From a virus (lineage: Duplodnaviria > Caudoviricetes): a DNA stretch of 64,000 nucleotides. The stretch covers positions 71 through 64,070 of the IMG/VR virus record IMGVR_UViG_3300027718_000006; one strand, written 5' to 3'. The notes beneath the pieces are model-generated. The model was not told the origin of the DNA. It did not search any database and was given only the letters and a program-made list of their open reading frames with translations. Positions 17,328 to 26,803 of the stretch are shown in pieces (positions within the stretch are counted from its first letter, which is position 1; the number at the start of each line of letters is the position of its first letter). The translations under genes were made by a program, and so were the position numbers.

Positions 17328-17750
17328 ATGTCTGAAAATTATGAAAACCAACTTGAAGATTTAATGCCAGAAAAGACTCCTGAAGAACGTGAAGCGGAGT
17401 TAAATACACAAAAGAAAAAAGTTGTAGATCGTATTATTCGAGGAGTAAACGATGTATTTATCGAGAATTACAATTTTGAAGATTTAGGGTTAAAATTTAC
17501 AATTAAAATTAAAGCACCTAACGCAATTGAAATTGGTAAAATTCAAGCCCGTGCAGCTGCTTACTTAGGCGGAATGAATACATACCTAGATAACTATACT
17601 AACACAGTCTATCAAACTCTAGCAACAATCCGTACAACAGGGGTTGAAGTACCGAAAGAGTTAGCTAACGATGAAGATATTTATAACTTAGATATCCTAT
17701 TCAAGATTGGGGTCGATTTCAAGCAGTGGCTTGACAACTTTCGCCTTTGA
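17328..17750 (+). CDS. Tail assembly chaperone (gpG-like)
   Basis: First of two overlapping ORFs upstream of the tape measure gene; ends in CTT TGA. Confidence 0.8.
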   Translation: MSENYENQLEDLMPEKTPEEREAELNTQKKKVVDRIIRGVNDVFIENYNFEDLGLKFTIKIKAPNAIEIGKIQARAAAYLGGMNTYLDNYTNTVYQTLATIRTTGVEVPKELANDEDIYNLDILFKIGVDFKQWLDNFRL

Positions 17751-18390
17751 GATAGATAAGCTTGGTGGGTTAAAAGCTCTATCTCGGACTCCATATATGC
17801 GGAACCTGTGGGCATTAATGAAAACATTTAAGACGATGCCTACTAACCCGGATTTCCGTGCCTTAACAGATCGTCAAATTGATTTAATGATTCTTTCATT
17901 AAATGAAGATCATAGAGAAATGGAACTTGCTCGTAAAGGACTTACAGTCGATTCAGAACACTTTGACTCTACTTTCGAAGAGGAAGTATGGAACAGAGAT
18001 GTTGGGGATTGGGAAATCCTTAAAGACGGTCATGACCCTGATGATATTGCTAGACAAGTTGAAGAACTTACTCGAGCTGAAGATCGTAAGAACTTGGCAA
18101 TGAAATTTGACAGCTTAGATGAGTATAATGCTTACCTAGAAGCAGGTGGGAAGACTACCCGTGAAACAGAGGTTGAGCAGTATATTAATAAGCAAATCCA
18201 AGCAGCTGAAGAGAAAGCTCGAAGACTTGCAGCAACCAGCGGTAAGAAAGACCTTGTGGACGATCAAGATAGACCAGAATCTGATTCTGCTCTTACTGAT
18301 CGACTACCTGACATTGATAAAGCAGCAATTGATAAATCGATTGCCCTCTTCAATGCTCAAGATGATGACGATGATTTTAGTACATTGTAA
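17707..18390 (+). CDS. Tail assembly chaperone, frameshift extension (gpT-like)
   Basis: Overlaps the previous ORF in the +1 frame and has no convincing SD of its own. Confidence 0.75.
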   Translation: MGSISSSGLTTFAFEIDKLGGLKALSRTPYMRNLWALMKTFKTMPTNPDFRALTDRQIDLMILSLNEDHREMELARKGLTVDSEHFDSTFEEEVWNRDVGDWEILKDGHDPDDIARQVEELTRAEDRKNLAMKFDSLDEYNAYLEAGGKTTRETEVEQYINKQIQAAEEKARRLAATSGKKDLVDDQDRPESDSALTDRLPDIDKAAIDKSIALFNAQDDDDDFSTL

Positions 18391-18391
18391 C

Positions 18392-18425
18392 GGGGTAAGG
18401 GTTAACGCCCTTACCTCATTTTTTA
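18392..18425 (+). terminator. Intrinsic terminator/attenuator before the tape measure gene
   Basis: ggggtaaggg-ttaacg-cccttacctc-a followed by a T run. Confidence 0.7.
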
Positions 18426-18452
18426 TAGTCTCGAAGGGAGAGTGATTTATAC

Positions 18453-21400
18453 ATGGCAAATAAAGAAAAGTACATATTTGATGTCGATGCGGAAACGAGT
18501 AAGGCGGTCTCCAAGCTCCAACAGATCAGTCAATTAATGGATAAGCTTAACAGTGTTCATATGAAAGGTGTAGGTGATTATTCTACAACCAATCAAAAAG
18601 ATATGGACAAAAACATGCGTTCCATGAGACAGCTTACTAAACTTTATAATGAGATGGACCGTGATCTTACAGAGCTCCAACAAAAAATGAGAAACATGTC
18701 TGACGGGATTGAGATGCCTGTAGGAGCTACTAAAGAGCAACGTAAAGAAATTGAAAACCTAAAGCAAGCTATGGTCGATCAGACAGAAACAGCAATTAAT
18801 CAACAAAAGAAATTACAAAAAGAATATGACCAATCATTAAGAGCTTATCGTGAATTTGCTACTTTTCAACAAAATTATTCTAAAAACTTTAAAAGCGCTT
18901 TTAACTCTAATGACATTTTCAACCTCCCTTCAGGTTCAGGCTCTTTCGATAAAGCTAAGGGGATTATGTCTACTCTAGCAGATGAGGCAGATGAAGTTGC
19001 TAGTAAGCTGAATAAAGTTACGGATAAAATTCAGGAAGTAAATAAGCTGGAAAGACGTGCAGACAGCTTGTCTCGAAGAGGGGCTGCGTCTAAGTACTTA
19101 TCTTACCAGCAAGCACAAAGCTTCTCAAAAGACTACCGTACAGCTTCACAGGGGTATGTAAACGAACGTGAAGAGAACATGAACTCTATGACTCGTATCG
19201 GTCAAGAGCGTAAATCCTTACATGAGCAAGTTAAAGAGATTCAACAGAATCCGGCAGCTACTGATCGAGACATTGATAAGAAGATCGCTCTACAGCAGAC
19301 GATTGAATCAATGGATAAGGAGATGGATGCTCGTTTAGAGTTAAACCGTGTCCTTAATCGTACGATTCAAAACATGGAGTCATACAATGAGCGTTTAACA
19401 AGAGGAAATGTTGAAGTCAAACCTGAACGTGGTACCCTATCTGGTATGATGTATGAACGTGCTCCAGCTATCGGTTTTGCTGCTAGTGGTGCCTTTGCAG
19501 GTGTGTTTGGTAGTCTGTATGGTCAAGGAGCCTCACTGAATAAAGGTATCCGTGATGATGTTGTTTCCATTGGACAGCACACAGGCATGGAAGGGGAACA
19601 GTGGAGAGAAGGTATCCGTGACAATGCACTAGAAGCAGGTCTTTCTAATAAGCTAGGTTTTGGCGGACAAGACATGCTGGACTTCCAACAAAACTATCTT
19701 TCTAATAATGGTTTCGAGGGAATGGATGATCTTAATTCAGCTATGAAAAACCAAGCTGTGTTTAGTCGTTCTACTGGAGTAGACTCTGCAACTACTAAAG
19801 ATTTCTTCAACTCTGTATATAGCACAGGCGCTGTAAGCGGTACTCAGTCGAAAGATATTCAAGACGCTTTTATTGGAGCTATCAAGGCAAGTGGGATGGA
19901 AGGTCGAGAAAAAGATCAATTAAAAGCTCTACAAGGTTTATTAGATGGAGTATCCCGTGGGCGTACTCTAACTAATGACGAAGTAATGAACGTAATGGGT
20001 ATGCAGTCTGTTCTTTCTCAAACAGGTGTCCGTTCTCTACAAGGGGAGCAAGGCGCAGAACTTATGTCTAACTTGAATGAAGGTATTCGAGGCGGATTCA
20101 ATGACGCTCAAACTCGTTTACTATTTGGTCAAGGTACGAAGTATCAAGGTATTGAAGGACGCTGGGAACTTCGTAAACAAATGGACAAAGGTATTAGTGA
20201 CCCAGACAACGTACGTTCTCTTGCAGGTGCAGCCGTAGGAGCTATGCCCGGAGGTTCTGAAGCTGAGCAGAATGAAGCATTTGCTTCTATCATCGAGAAC
20301 AACTTAGGGGTAGACATTACAGCAGAGCAAGCCGAAGGACTAATGGATGCCTACCGTAAAGGAGACCTAAGCCAAGATAATATCGATAGAGTTCTTAACC
20401 AAGATAAAGAGACAGGTAAGAAAGAAGGAGACGAAAAACTCTCCAATTATCAGAACTCTCATGAGGCTATTGATAATCAATCTGAAGCTACAACTGAAAA
20501 GCAAGCAACACAGTTATATGACTTTGGTGAAGCTTTACGTGTAGCTAACTCGAACTTAGGTGGATTAAATCCTGCGCTATACGCTTCAATTATAGCTGTA
20601 GGAGCGTTTACAGCTGCTCTAGCTGCATCTACGTTATCTCTAGCAGGTTCTAGTTTACTACGAGGTAGAGTAGGTAAGAAATTCGGAGGAGGCGGTAAAG
20701 GTCCTAAAGGAGGTAGCCCAAAAGGTGGAGGCGGTGGTGGTGTACCACCTATCGTAGACGCAAGAGGCAATCCAATCCAATCCGAGAGAAAAGGCTGGTT
20801 AGGTCGTACTAAAGATACTGTAGGTGGCTGGTTCGGTCGAAACGGTACTGACACCCCTAACGTACCTAAAGGTCCAACACCTGAAGGAGCCCCTAAAGGT
20901 GGATTCTTTAGTAGTGTTAAAGATAAAGCCGGAGGTTTCTTCGGAGCTGCTAAAGAAAAAACTGGTGGATTCTTCAATTCAGCTAAAGAGAAAGTCGGAG
21001 GCTGGTTTAATAAAGGGGGCGGCGGAGGAACATCTGGAGCTGTAGAAGGGGCAGCTGCTGGAGGACTTAAAGGTTTCCTAGGCAAAGGCGGAAAAATTCT
21101 TGGTAAAGCTGCGCTACCTCTATCCCTAGCTATCGGAGCAGGAGAAATCCTGTCTGCTGAGAAAGGTAAAAAAGCAGAAGCAATCGGCTCTGTTGGAGGC
21201 GGTATCCTCGGAGGTATGGGAGGGGGAGCAGCTGCCGGTGCTGCACTAGGCTCTGTAGTTCCGGGGTTAGGTACAGTTATTGGTGGTATCGGAGGCTCTA
21301 TTGTCGGAGGTATCGCAGGTAGTAGTCTCGGAGGCTGGATTGGTAGTAAATTCAATGGTGGAGAGAAAAAGCTCGAAACACCTGAAGAGATTGCAGAAGC

Positions 21401-22310
21401 TAAGGAAACTATGAGCAAAGCCTTTACCATTGGAGAAGATAAGAAAGAAGAAAAAGGTACAGTCAAATCTCAGTTAGAACGTGAAAATACTAATACGAAA
21501 GATCGTGCAGAGAATAAGCGTCTATCTAACATCGGTCAAGAAAGAGAGAACTTAAAGCTTTATGAAACTCTACTTAACCGTGCAGAACAGATTCTAGCTC
21601 AAGCTCGATCACAGAATGGTATTTTCGGTAATGGTAATGCTTCAAGTACAGGAACAGGCGGTACAGGAGCTGCAACACCTGTTACAGGAAACTCTAACTC
21701 TGAGAAGGCTTGGAACTTCTTCGCTGGCAAAGGGATGTCTGAGGGCGCTATTGCCGGTATCATGGGTAACTTACAGCAAGAGTCTCAGATAGACCCTACT
21801 GCTCCAAACGGAGGGCTTGCTCAGTGGTTAGGACCTCGTAGAAAAGACCTTAACAATTATGCTAAGCAAACAGGCGGAGACGTTAACTCTATGGAGACGC
21901 AGCTTAACTTCCTTTGGAAGGAGCTTGAATCTGGACAGTACGGTAGTATAGACGAGTTAAATAAACTTAACCCTACAGAAGCTGCTAAGTATTTTGAGAA
22001 GCATTACGAGAAAGCCGGAAAGCCGATGATGGAAAAACGTATAGGGTACGCTAATGATTGGTACAATCAGTACGGTAACGGTAAGAGCCCACAAGCCAAG
22101 ACTAACGCAGGTACTTCTAGTGTTAACTCAAACTCTAGCTCAAACAGTAGTGTTAAAGTTAACTCCAATATTAACGTTAATGTTAAGGGAGACGAAAAGG
22201 CATCTGAGAAAGTCAAAAACAGTAAGGAACTTCAAAGCATTGCCGATGCAGTACAGAACAAGATTTACGGCTCTATGGGATTCCATGCAATTGAGACAAA
22301 GAGAGTGTAA
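18453..22310 (+). CDS. Tape measure protein with a C-terminal phage tail lysozyme domain
   Basis: 1285 aa, helical N-terminus, Gly-rich region, then AWNFF..KGMSEGAIAGIMGNLQQES...GLAQWLGPRR...QLNFLWKEL. Confidence 0.9.
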   Translation: MANKEKYIFDVDAETSKAVSKLQQISQLMDKLNSVHMKGVGDYSTTNQKDMDKNMRSMRQLTKLYNEMDRDLTELQQKMRNMSDGIEMPVGATKEQRKEIENLKQAMVDQTETAINQQKKLQKEYDQSLRAYREFATFQQNYSKNFKSAFNSNDIFNLPSGSGSFDKAKGIMSTLADEADEVASKLNKVTDKIQEVNKLERRADSLSRRGAASKYLSYQQAQSFSKDYRTASQGYVNEREENMNSMTRIGQERKSLHEQVKEIQQNPAATDRDIDKKIALQQTIESMDKEMDARLELNRVLNRTIQNMESYNERLTRGNVEVKPERGTLSGMMYERAPAIGFAASGAFAGVFGSLYGQGASLNKGIRDDVVSIGQHTGMEGEQWREGIRDNALEAGLSNKLGFGGQDMLDFQQNYLSNNGFEGMDDLNSAMKNQAVFSRSTGVDSATTKDFFNSVYSTGAVSGTQSKDIQDAFIGAIKASGMEGREKDQLKALQGLLDGVSRGRTLTNDEVMNVMGMQSVLSQTGVRSLQGEQGAELMSNLNEGIRGGFNDAQTRLLFGQGTKYQGIEGRWELRKQMDKGISDPDNVRSLAGAAVGAMPGGSEAEQNEAFASIIENNLGVDITAEQAEGLMDAYRKGDLSQDNIDRVLNQDKETGKKEGDEKLSNYQNSHEAIDNQSEATTEKQATQLYDFGEALRVANSNLGGLNPALYASIIAVGAFTAALAASTLSLAGSSLLRGRVGKKFGGGGKGPKGGSPKGGGGGGVPPIVDARGNPIQSERKGWLGRTKDTVGGWFGRNGTDTPNVPKGPTPEGAPKGGFFSSVKDKAGGFFGAAKEKTGGFFNSAKEKVGGWFNKGGGGGTSGAVEGAAAGGLKGFLGKGGKILGKAALPLSLAIGAGEILSAEKGKKAEAIGSVGGGILGGMGGGAAAGAALGSVVPGLGTVIGGIGGSIVGGIAGSSLGGWIGSKFNGGEKKLETPEEIAEAKETMSKAFTIGEDKKEEKGTVKSQLERENTNTKDRAENKRLSNIGQERENLKLYETLLNRAEQILAQARSQNGIFGNGNASSTGTGGTGAATPVTGNSNSEKAWNFFAGKGMSEGAIAGIMGNLQQESQIDPTAPNGGLAQWLGPRRKDLNNYAKQTGGDVNSMETQLNFLWKELESGQYGSIDELNKLNPTEAAKYFEKHYEKAGKPMMEKRIGYANDWYNQYGNGKSPQAKTNAGTSSVNSNSSSNSSVKVNSNINVNVKGDEKASEKVKNSKELQSIADAVQNKIYGSMGFHAIETKRV
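20898..21014 (+). repeat. 33-bp (11-aa) tandem repeats in the tape measure gene
   Basis: GGFFSSVKDKA / GGFFGAAKEKT / GGFFNSAKEKV / GGWFNK. Confidence 0.85.
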
Positions 22311-22325
22311 CAGCTCTCTTTTCTT
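22298..22325 (+). terminator. Terminator overlapping the end of the tape measure gene
   Basis: aaagagag-tgtaacag-ctctcttt followed by T residues. Confidence 0.55.
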
Positions 22326-22414
22326 ATTTCCAAAAAATTTAGAATGTTCGTGCTATAATAGTATATGAAGGGGTTGACATTTATGAACAAATATGATAGA
22401 GAGGGGAAACTTAA

Positions 22415-24709
22415 TTGACAACTATTATCAAAAGATACCCAACATTTGAAGTGGACTTAGTTACAGAAAAGACAAGCTATGAACTTACATACAATACAGG
22501 AAAACAGCTCAATCAAGCAGATTTTGAAGAAGCTATTATCTCTTTCAGCTGTAAAAACTCAATGGCAGATGATAGCCCCGTATTCTCCCTTGTAATCCTT
22601 GCAAAAGAAAAATGGGATGCAATCCTTAACTCGAATGATTTAATTCGTATACGAGCTATTCCAGACACTACAAAGGGTGTCCCGGATAATCCTTACATCA
22701 TGGTAGGACTGATTTCTGATATTCATAAAGAAGGAGAATATGAAAACGGAACTTTACTTTACCGTATTACTGGTCGAGCCATGACAAAAGCCTTAATTGA
22801 TTTTGAGGTAGGAGTTATTCAGGAAGTAGCTACAGTTATTCCTTCTATTGGGTGGCTACCAGATGGAACAGAGAACGGATTAAAGTTCTCAGGAAATACC
22901 GCAGCAGGTATTGGGAACGAATTAATGGAACGTTTCGTATACAAGCATGCAGAATATAATTTCTCTAACGGTAAAGGGTTAAAAGATTACTTAACTCACG
23001 GATTTACAAGCTGGTTAGAGGACGAGAGCTTAGCAGATGTTACACCATTTATTAACTACGAAGGTAGTATTAGGCAGTTCCTTGAGGACGTAGCAGCCAA
23101 GCCGTTTAATGAATTATTCTTTGAGTATACACCTGACGGAACATGTGCAGCAGTTATGCGCCCTACACCCTTCGATGAAGATAAGTGGCAAGCATTACCT
23201 TCTTACGGATTTACTTCTGATCTTGTAGTAGAAGAGTCGTTCGGTAAATCCGATTCTGAAATGTATTCTGTATATGTTGTACAGGCTCCTAACTTAATGG
23301 AATTTAACAGTATGGATTTAGGTGTATATCCTAAATACCACCCAGAGCTACTTAAGAAGTACGGTTACAAACGTTTAGACGCTCAGAATAGATACCTACT
23401 TTCAGGAACATTAGCTGGAGTAGACCCTAATACAAATGCAGCTCCAGATGCTACAGGTACAAATGGAGGCGGAACAGGGACTGACACTGGCACAGATACA
23501 AACCAAGATCAGCAACAGAATGCTCAGAGTGTTAGAGTTCAAGTTACTAACCCTACAACAGGAGAGACACAACCAGCTACACCAACTACCGCTAAAGCAC
23601 CTGCCTTCGATGATCTTGCAAAATATATCACAGATAATAAACTGGCAGATGCTGAGACGTTACGAAAGAAAGGTAACCAAGTAGCTACAGATATGATGAC
23701 ACAATTCCCGGGATTAACTGAGAATAGTGCTAAGGCAATTGTAGATGCATTAAAGGACGGTAATTTTGATAGAGAAAAATACGATAATATTATTGCAACT
23801 ACAGGTACAAAAACGGATAAGAAGATTAGTAAGGAAAAAGGCGTAGCTAGTGAGAAGCTAGAGAAGTTTACTCAAAAGCTATTTAACTGGTATTGTGAGA
23901 ATGCTAACTTCTACAGTGGAGATATCCGAGTATTAGGGAACCCGGTTTATCGTATTGGAACTAGAGCTATGTATGAGGACTTTGAACGTAACACAACATG
24001 GGAGTTCTATATCGAGTCGGTTCAGCACGAATTTAGCTTTACAAATGGGTTTACTACTATATTAGGAGTAACAAGAGGTTTACCAGATAAAGGCGCTAAA
24101 CGCTTCTCAAATCTATGGGGGCAAGCAGAGGACTTTAAAGGCGGCTATCTGGGTGAAAGTTCGTTGGAAGACCTATTAGCTGCCGCACAAGCCGCAAACG
24201 CTACACAAGGCAACTCAGGCTCTGGAGATGCATCTGGTAACTGGGGTAACATGCAAGGTAGCGGTGGAGCTATGGGAGCACTAGCTACTGCTCGACAAAT
24301 GACACAGAGAGCTTCTAAATATGTGTTCGGTGGAGGTCGTAAAGGAACTAATATCTTCCTAAGTAATCCGATTATTGGTGACTGTTCTTCGTTCGTATGG
24401 TGGTGCTATCAGCTTAACGGGGTTACGCTAAAAGGCGGTTCCACGGGAATGAATACAGATACAATTAAAATAGACCCACAGCTAAAAGTAATTAGCCAGA
24501 GAGGTAGCTCTAAAACAGCTGCACAAGCCATGCTACAGATCGGAGACATTGTTTACTTCGATACGTATAAACAAGACGGACACATTGGTATCTATTCAGG
24601 AAATGGGAAGTTCATTGGTTTCCAAACAAAGGCAGGTATCTCCGAGGCTAATATGGCTAGCGGTTACTATTGGCAGAAATTTAATGGACATGTACTTAGA
24701 CTTCAATAA
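22415..24709 (+). CDS. Baseplate hub / tail-associated lysin with a C-terminal NlpC/P60 domain
   Basis: TTG start. C-terminal YVFGGG...DCSSFVWWCY...GDIVYF...GHIGIYSGNGKFIG. Confidence 0.88.
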   Translation: MTTIIKRYPTFEVDLVTEKTSYELTYNTGKQLNQADFEEAIISFSCKNSMADDSPVFSLVILAKEKWDAILNSNDLIRIRAIPDTTKGVPDNPYIMVGLISDIHKEGEYENGTLLYRITGRAMTKALIDFEVGVIQEVATVIPSIGWLPDGTENGLKFSGNTAAGIGNELMERFVYKHAEYNFSNGKGLKDYLTHGFTSWLEDESLADVTPFINYEGSIRQFLEDVAAKPFNELFFEYTPDGTCAAVMRPTPFDEDKWQALPSYGFTSDLVVEESFGKSDSEMYSVYVVQAPNLMEFNSMDLGVYPKYHPELLKKYGYKRLDAQNRYLLSGTLAGVDPNTNAAPDATGTNGGGTGTDTGTDTNQDQQQNAQSVRVQVTNPTTGETQPATPTTAKAPAFDDLAKYITDNKLADAETLRKKGNQVATDMMTQFPGLTENSAKAIVDALKDGNFDREKYDNIIATTGTKTDKKISKEKGVASEKLEKFTQKLFNWYCENANFYSGDIRVLGNPVYRIGTRAMYEDFERNTTWEFYIESVQHEFSFTNGFTTILGVTRGLPDKGAKRFSNLWGQAEDFKGGYLGESSLEDLLAAAQAANATQGNSGSGDASGNWGNMQGSGGAMGALATARQMTQRASKYVFGGGRKGTNIFLSNPIIGDCSSFVWWCYQLNGVTLKGGSTGMNTDTIKIDPQLKVISQRGSSKTAAQAMLQIGDIVYFDTYKQDGHIGIYSGNGKFIGFQTKAGISEANMASGYYWQKFNGHVLRLQ

Positions 24710-24715
24710 AGGTAG

Positions 24716-26764
24716 GTGAGTAAGTTGGATAATGGTAGCTTCGGTCAATTTATAACTCCCCTTACTGGCAATAGATTACAGTCTCAGCTAGGTAAGGAAA
24801 TGAAACGTATGAACAAAGAAGGACAGAACATCGTTAAACTTTCCTTAGCAAGGGTAGTGAAGGTTAACTACAAATACAATACAGTAGACGTTATCACAAC
24901 ATTGCATAAAAATTCAACAGTAAAGAACCCGACTGATAATGGTAAATTCTCTGCACGTTTGCCTGTCGCATTCGGAGGAACTACGCCAGAAGGGAAAGTC
25001 TATGGTACGAATACTCTAGTAACAATCGGCTCCCTTGTGCTTATCGGTTTCATGGAGGGGAATAAAGATTATCCGATCGTACTCAATATTTATGGAGATA
25101 CAAGCAACCAGTCTCAGCTTACTCGTACCTCTTTTACTAGTGCAGATGAATCGGACGAGCAGCTTCAACAGGAGTTATGGCAGCTATTTACTCTCTATCC
25201 TTCTATGACTTACCGTAATATTGACGGGAATGGTAACCAAGAGGTTACGTTCTCAGGTAAGTCATTTATGTATATTACAGACTCGGACCCGGAGAACGAT
25301 TATGTTAATGACGTAGAATTTGATTATGATTTATTGCCAAGTTCAAGATACGCAAACGGAGAGCTGATTGAGCCAAAGTCTCCAGACTCTCCTACTTTGC
25401 TTTACGTTCACCAAGGGATTTATGATAAGCATAGAGTAACCTTCTTCATTAAATCGGACGGTACTGTACGTCTAGGTAGCAGGCATACAGAAGGTACAGG
25501 AATTACGTTCATGGAAATGACTACAGACGGAGCTTTTCAGATCACTCAAAAGGTAGGAACAAATAACCCGGAAGAGGAAGCTGAAAAATTTTCTTCTATG
25601 GGAATTGATAAAGATGGAAACGTAATCTTAAAGTCTCGAGCTCATGCACTCGAAGTAAATGAGGAAGGTGTATACATCGATGGCAAGACTATTGCCTCTT
25701 TCGGTGGAGGCGATGGAGATGATGATGGAGACGGAACAATCTCTTTTGAAGATTTAATTAATGATTTAGAGGACGTAAAAACTACCATAACTGTAATTAA
25801 TGGTAAAATAGAGACAAAGGTAAGTAGAGATGAATATGATCTCGATATGGAAGACGTTAAGAAGTATGCAGATGACCTAGTAGCTGGAGCCAAGAAAGAT
25901 ATAGATGACTTGGAGAAAGTTGTAGGAGACCTAGATACATATGTAGATGGAGCCTTCCTAGATGGCATTGTAGACAGTACTGAAGCTAAAGCGATTGAAA
26001 CATATATCAATAGTTTACGTACTGAAAAAGCAGACCTTGACGCTCGATTCACTGAGATTGACACAAACACTTATCTTCCTGCAACTGAGAAAACAGCACT
26101 AGAAACTGCAAAGTCAACGTACGATACTCAGTTCACAGACTTAATCGATATCATTAACGCAGCAATTATAGATAACAAGGCTAGCTCAGAAGACAAAGCA
26201 GCAGTAGATCAAGCGTTTGCTGATTACCACACTGCTGTTGGTAACTTATCCGCAGCTTTCCAAAAAGCGGCTGATGCTATTGCCTTAGCTCAAGCAAAAG
26301 AAGCAGAAGAAAATGCTAATAAACATACAGAGTCTACTTTCTTGCAAGTAGCAGATATGATTAAGTCTAAAGTAGAGTCTGAAGAGTTTACAAAAGCTAT
26401 CTCAGATGTAAACCAAAAGGTTGCAGATGTAGAGAGCAATTTAACGGAAGCAGTAGTCGATACAAATACTCGAGTAGACGAAGTAGAGAAAAAAGTAACG
26501 TATAAGGTCGAGATTATCAGTACGAATGGTAACATCTTTAGAAAAGGGGCTATCAATACGATTCTATTTGCTAAAGCTTACCGAGGGACCGAAGATATCA
26601 CAGATGTTACAGATGCAAGTAAGTTTAAATGGACTCGAGTTTCGGACGATGCAGATGGAGATACTGCATGGAATAACGCACACTCTACAGGCGCAAAATC
26701 AATTACGATTACACCAGCGGACGTAACAGTACGGGCAGTTTTCAACTGTGAACTACTAGAGTAG
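24716..26764 (+). CDS. Baseplate central spike / tail fibre protein
   Basis: N-terminal LARVVKVNYKYNTVDV...ARLPV..GG spike OB-fold-like region, coiled-coil middle, and a C-terminal YKVEIISTNGNIF...FKWTRVS module. Confidence 0.7.
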   Translation: MSKLDNGSFGQFITPLTGNRLQSQLGKEMKRMNKEGQNIVKLSLARVVKVNYKYNTVDVITTLHKNSTVKNPTDNGKFSARLPVAFGGTTPEGKVYGTNTLVTIGSLVLIGFMEGNKDYPIVLNIYGDTSNQSQLTRTSFTSADESDEQLQQELWQLFTLYPSMTYRNIDGNGNQEVTFSGKSFMYITDSDPENDYVNDVEFDYDLLPSSRYANGELIEPKSPDSPTLLYVHQGIYDKHRVTFFIKSDGTVRLGSRHTEGTGITFMEMTTDGAFQITQKVGTNNPEEEAEKFSSMGIDKDGNVILKSRAHALEVNEEGVYIDGKTIASFGGGDGDDDGDGTISFEDLINDLEDVKTTITVINGKIETKVSRDEYDLDMEDVKKYADDLVAGAKKDIDDLEKVVGDLDTYVDGAFLDGIVDSTEAKAIETYINSLRTEKADLDARFTEIDTNTYLPATEKTALETAKSTYDTQFTDLIDIINAAIIDNKASSEDKAAVDQAFADYHTAVGNLSAAFQKAADAIALAQAKEAEENANKHTESTFLQVADMIKSKVESEEFTKAISDVNQKVADVESNLTEAVVDTNTRVDEVEKKVTYKVEIISTNGNIFRKGAINTILFAKAYRGTEDITDVTDASKFKWTRVSDDADGDTAWNNAHSTGAKSITITPADVTVRAVFNCELLE

Positions 26765-26803
26765 AAAAAAAAATATTTTAAGTGAAGAAGGAGAGAAAAA
26801 CCT

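Noticed and set aside
20898-21014. CRISPR-like or mobile repeat array
   Set aside because: In-frame 11-aa tape-measure repeats without unique spacers. No CRISPR array was seen in the window.
20477-21466. 329-aa Pro-rich minus-strand ORF
   Set aside because: Antisense mirror of the Gly-rich tape measure segment; the lack of stops is explained by codon bias.
22054-22368. 104-aa alternative-frame ORF at the end of the tape measure gene
   Set aside because: Overlaps the tape measure C-terminus and terminator; no SD or recognisable domain.
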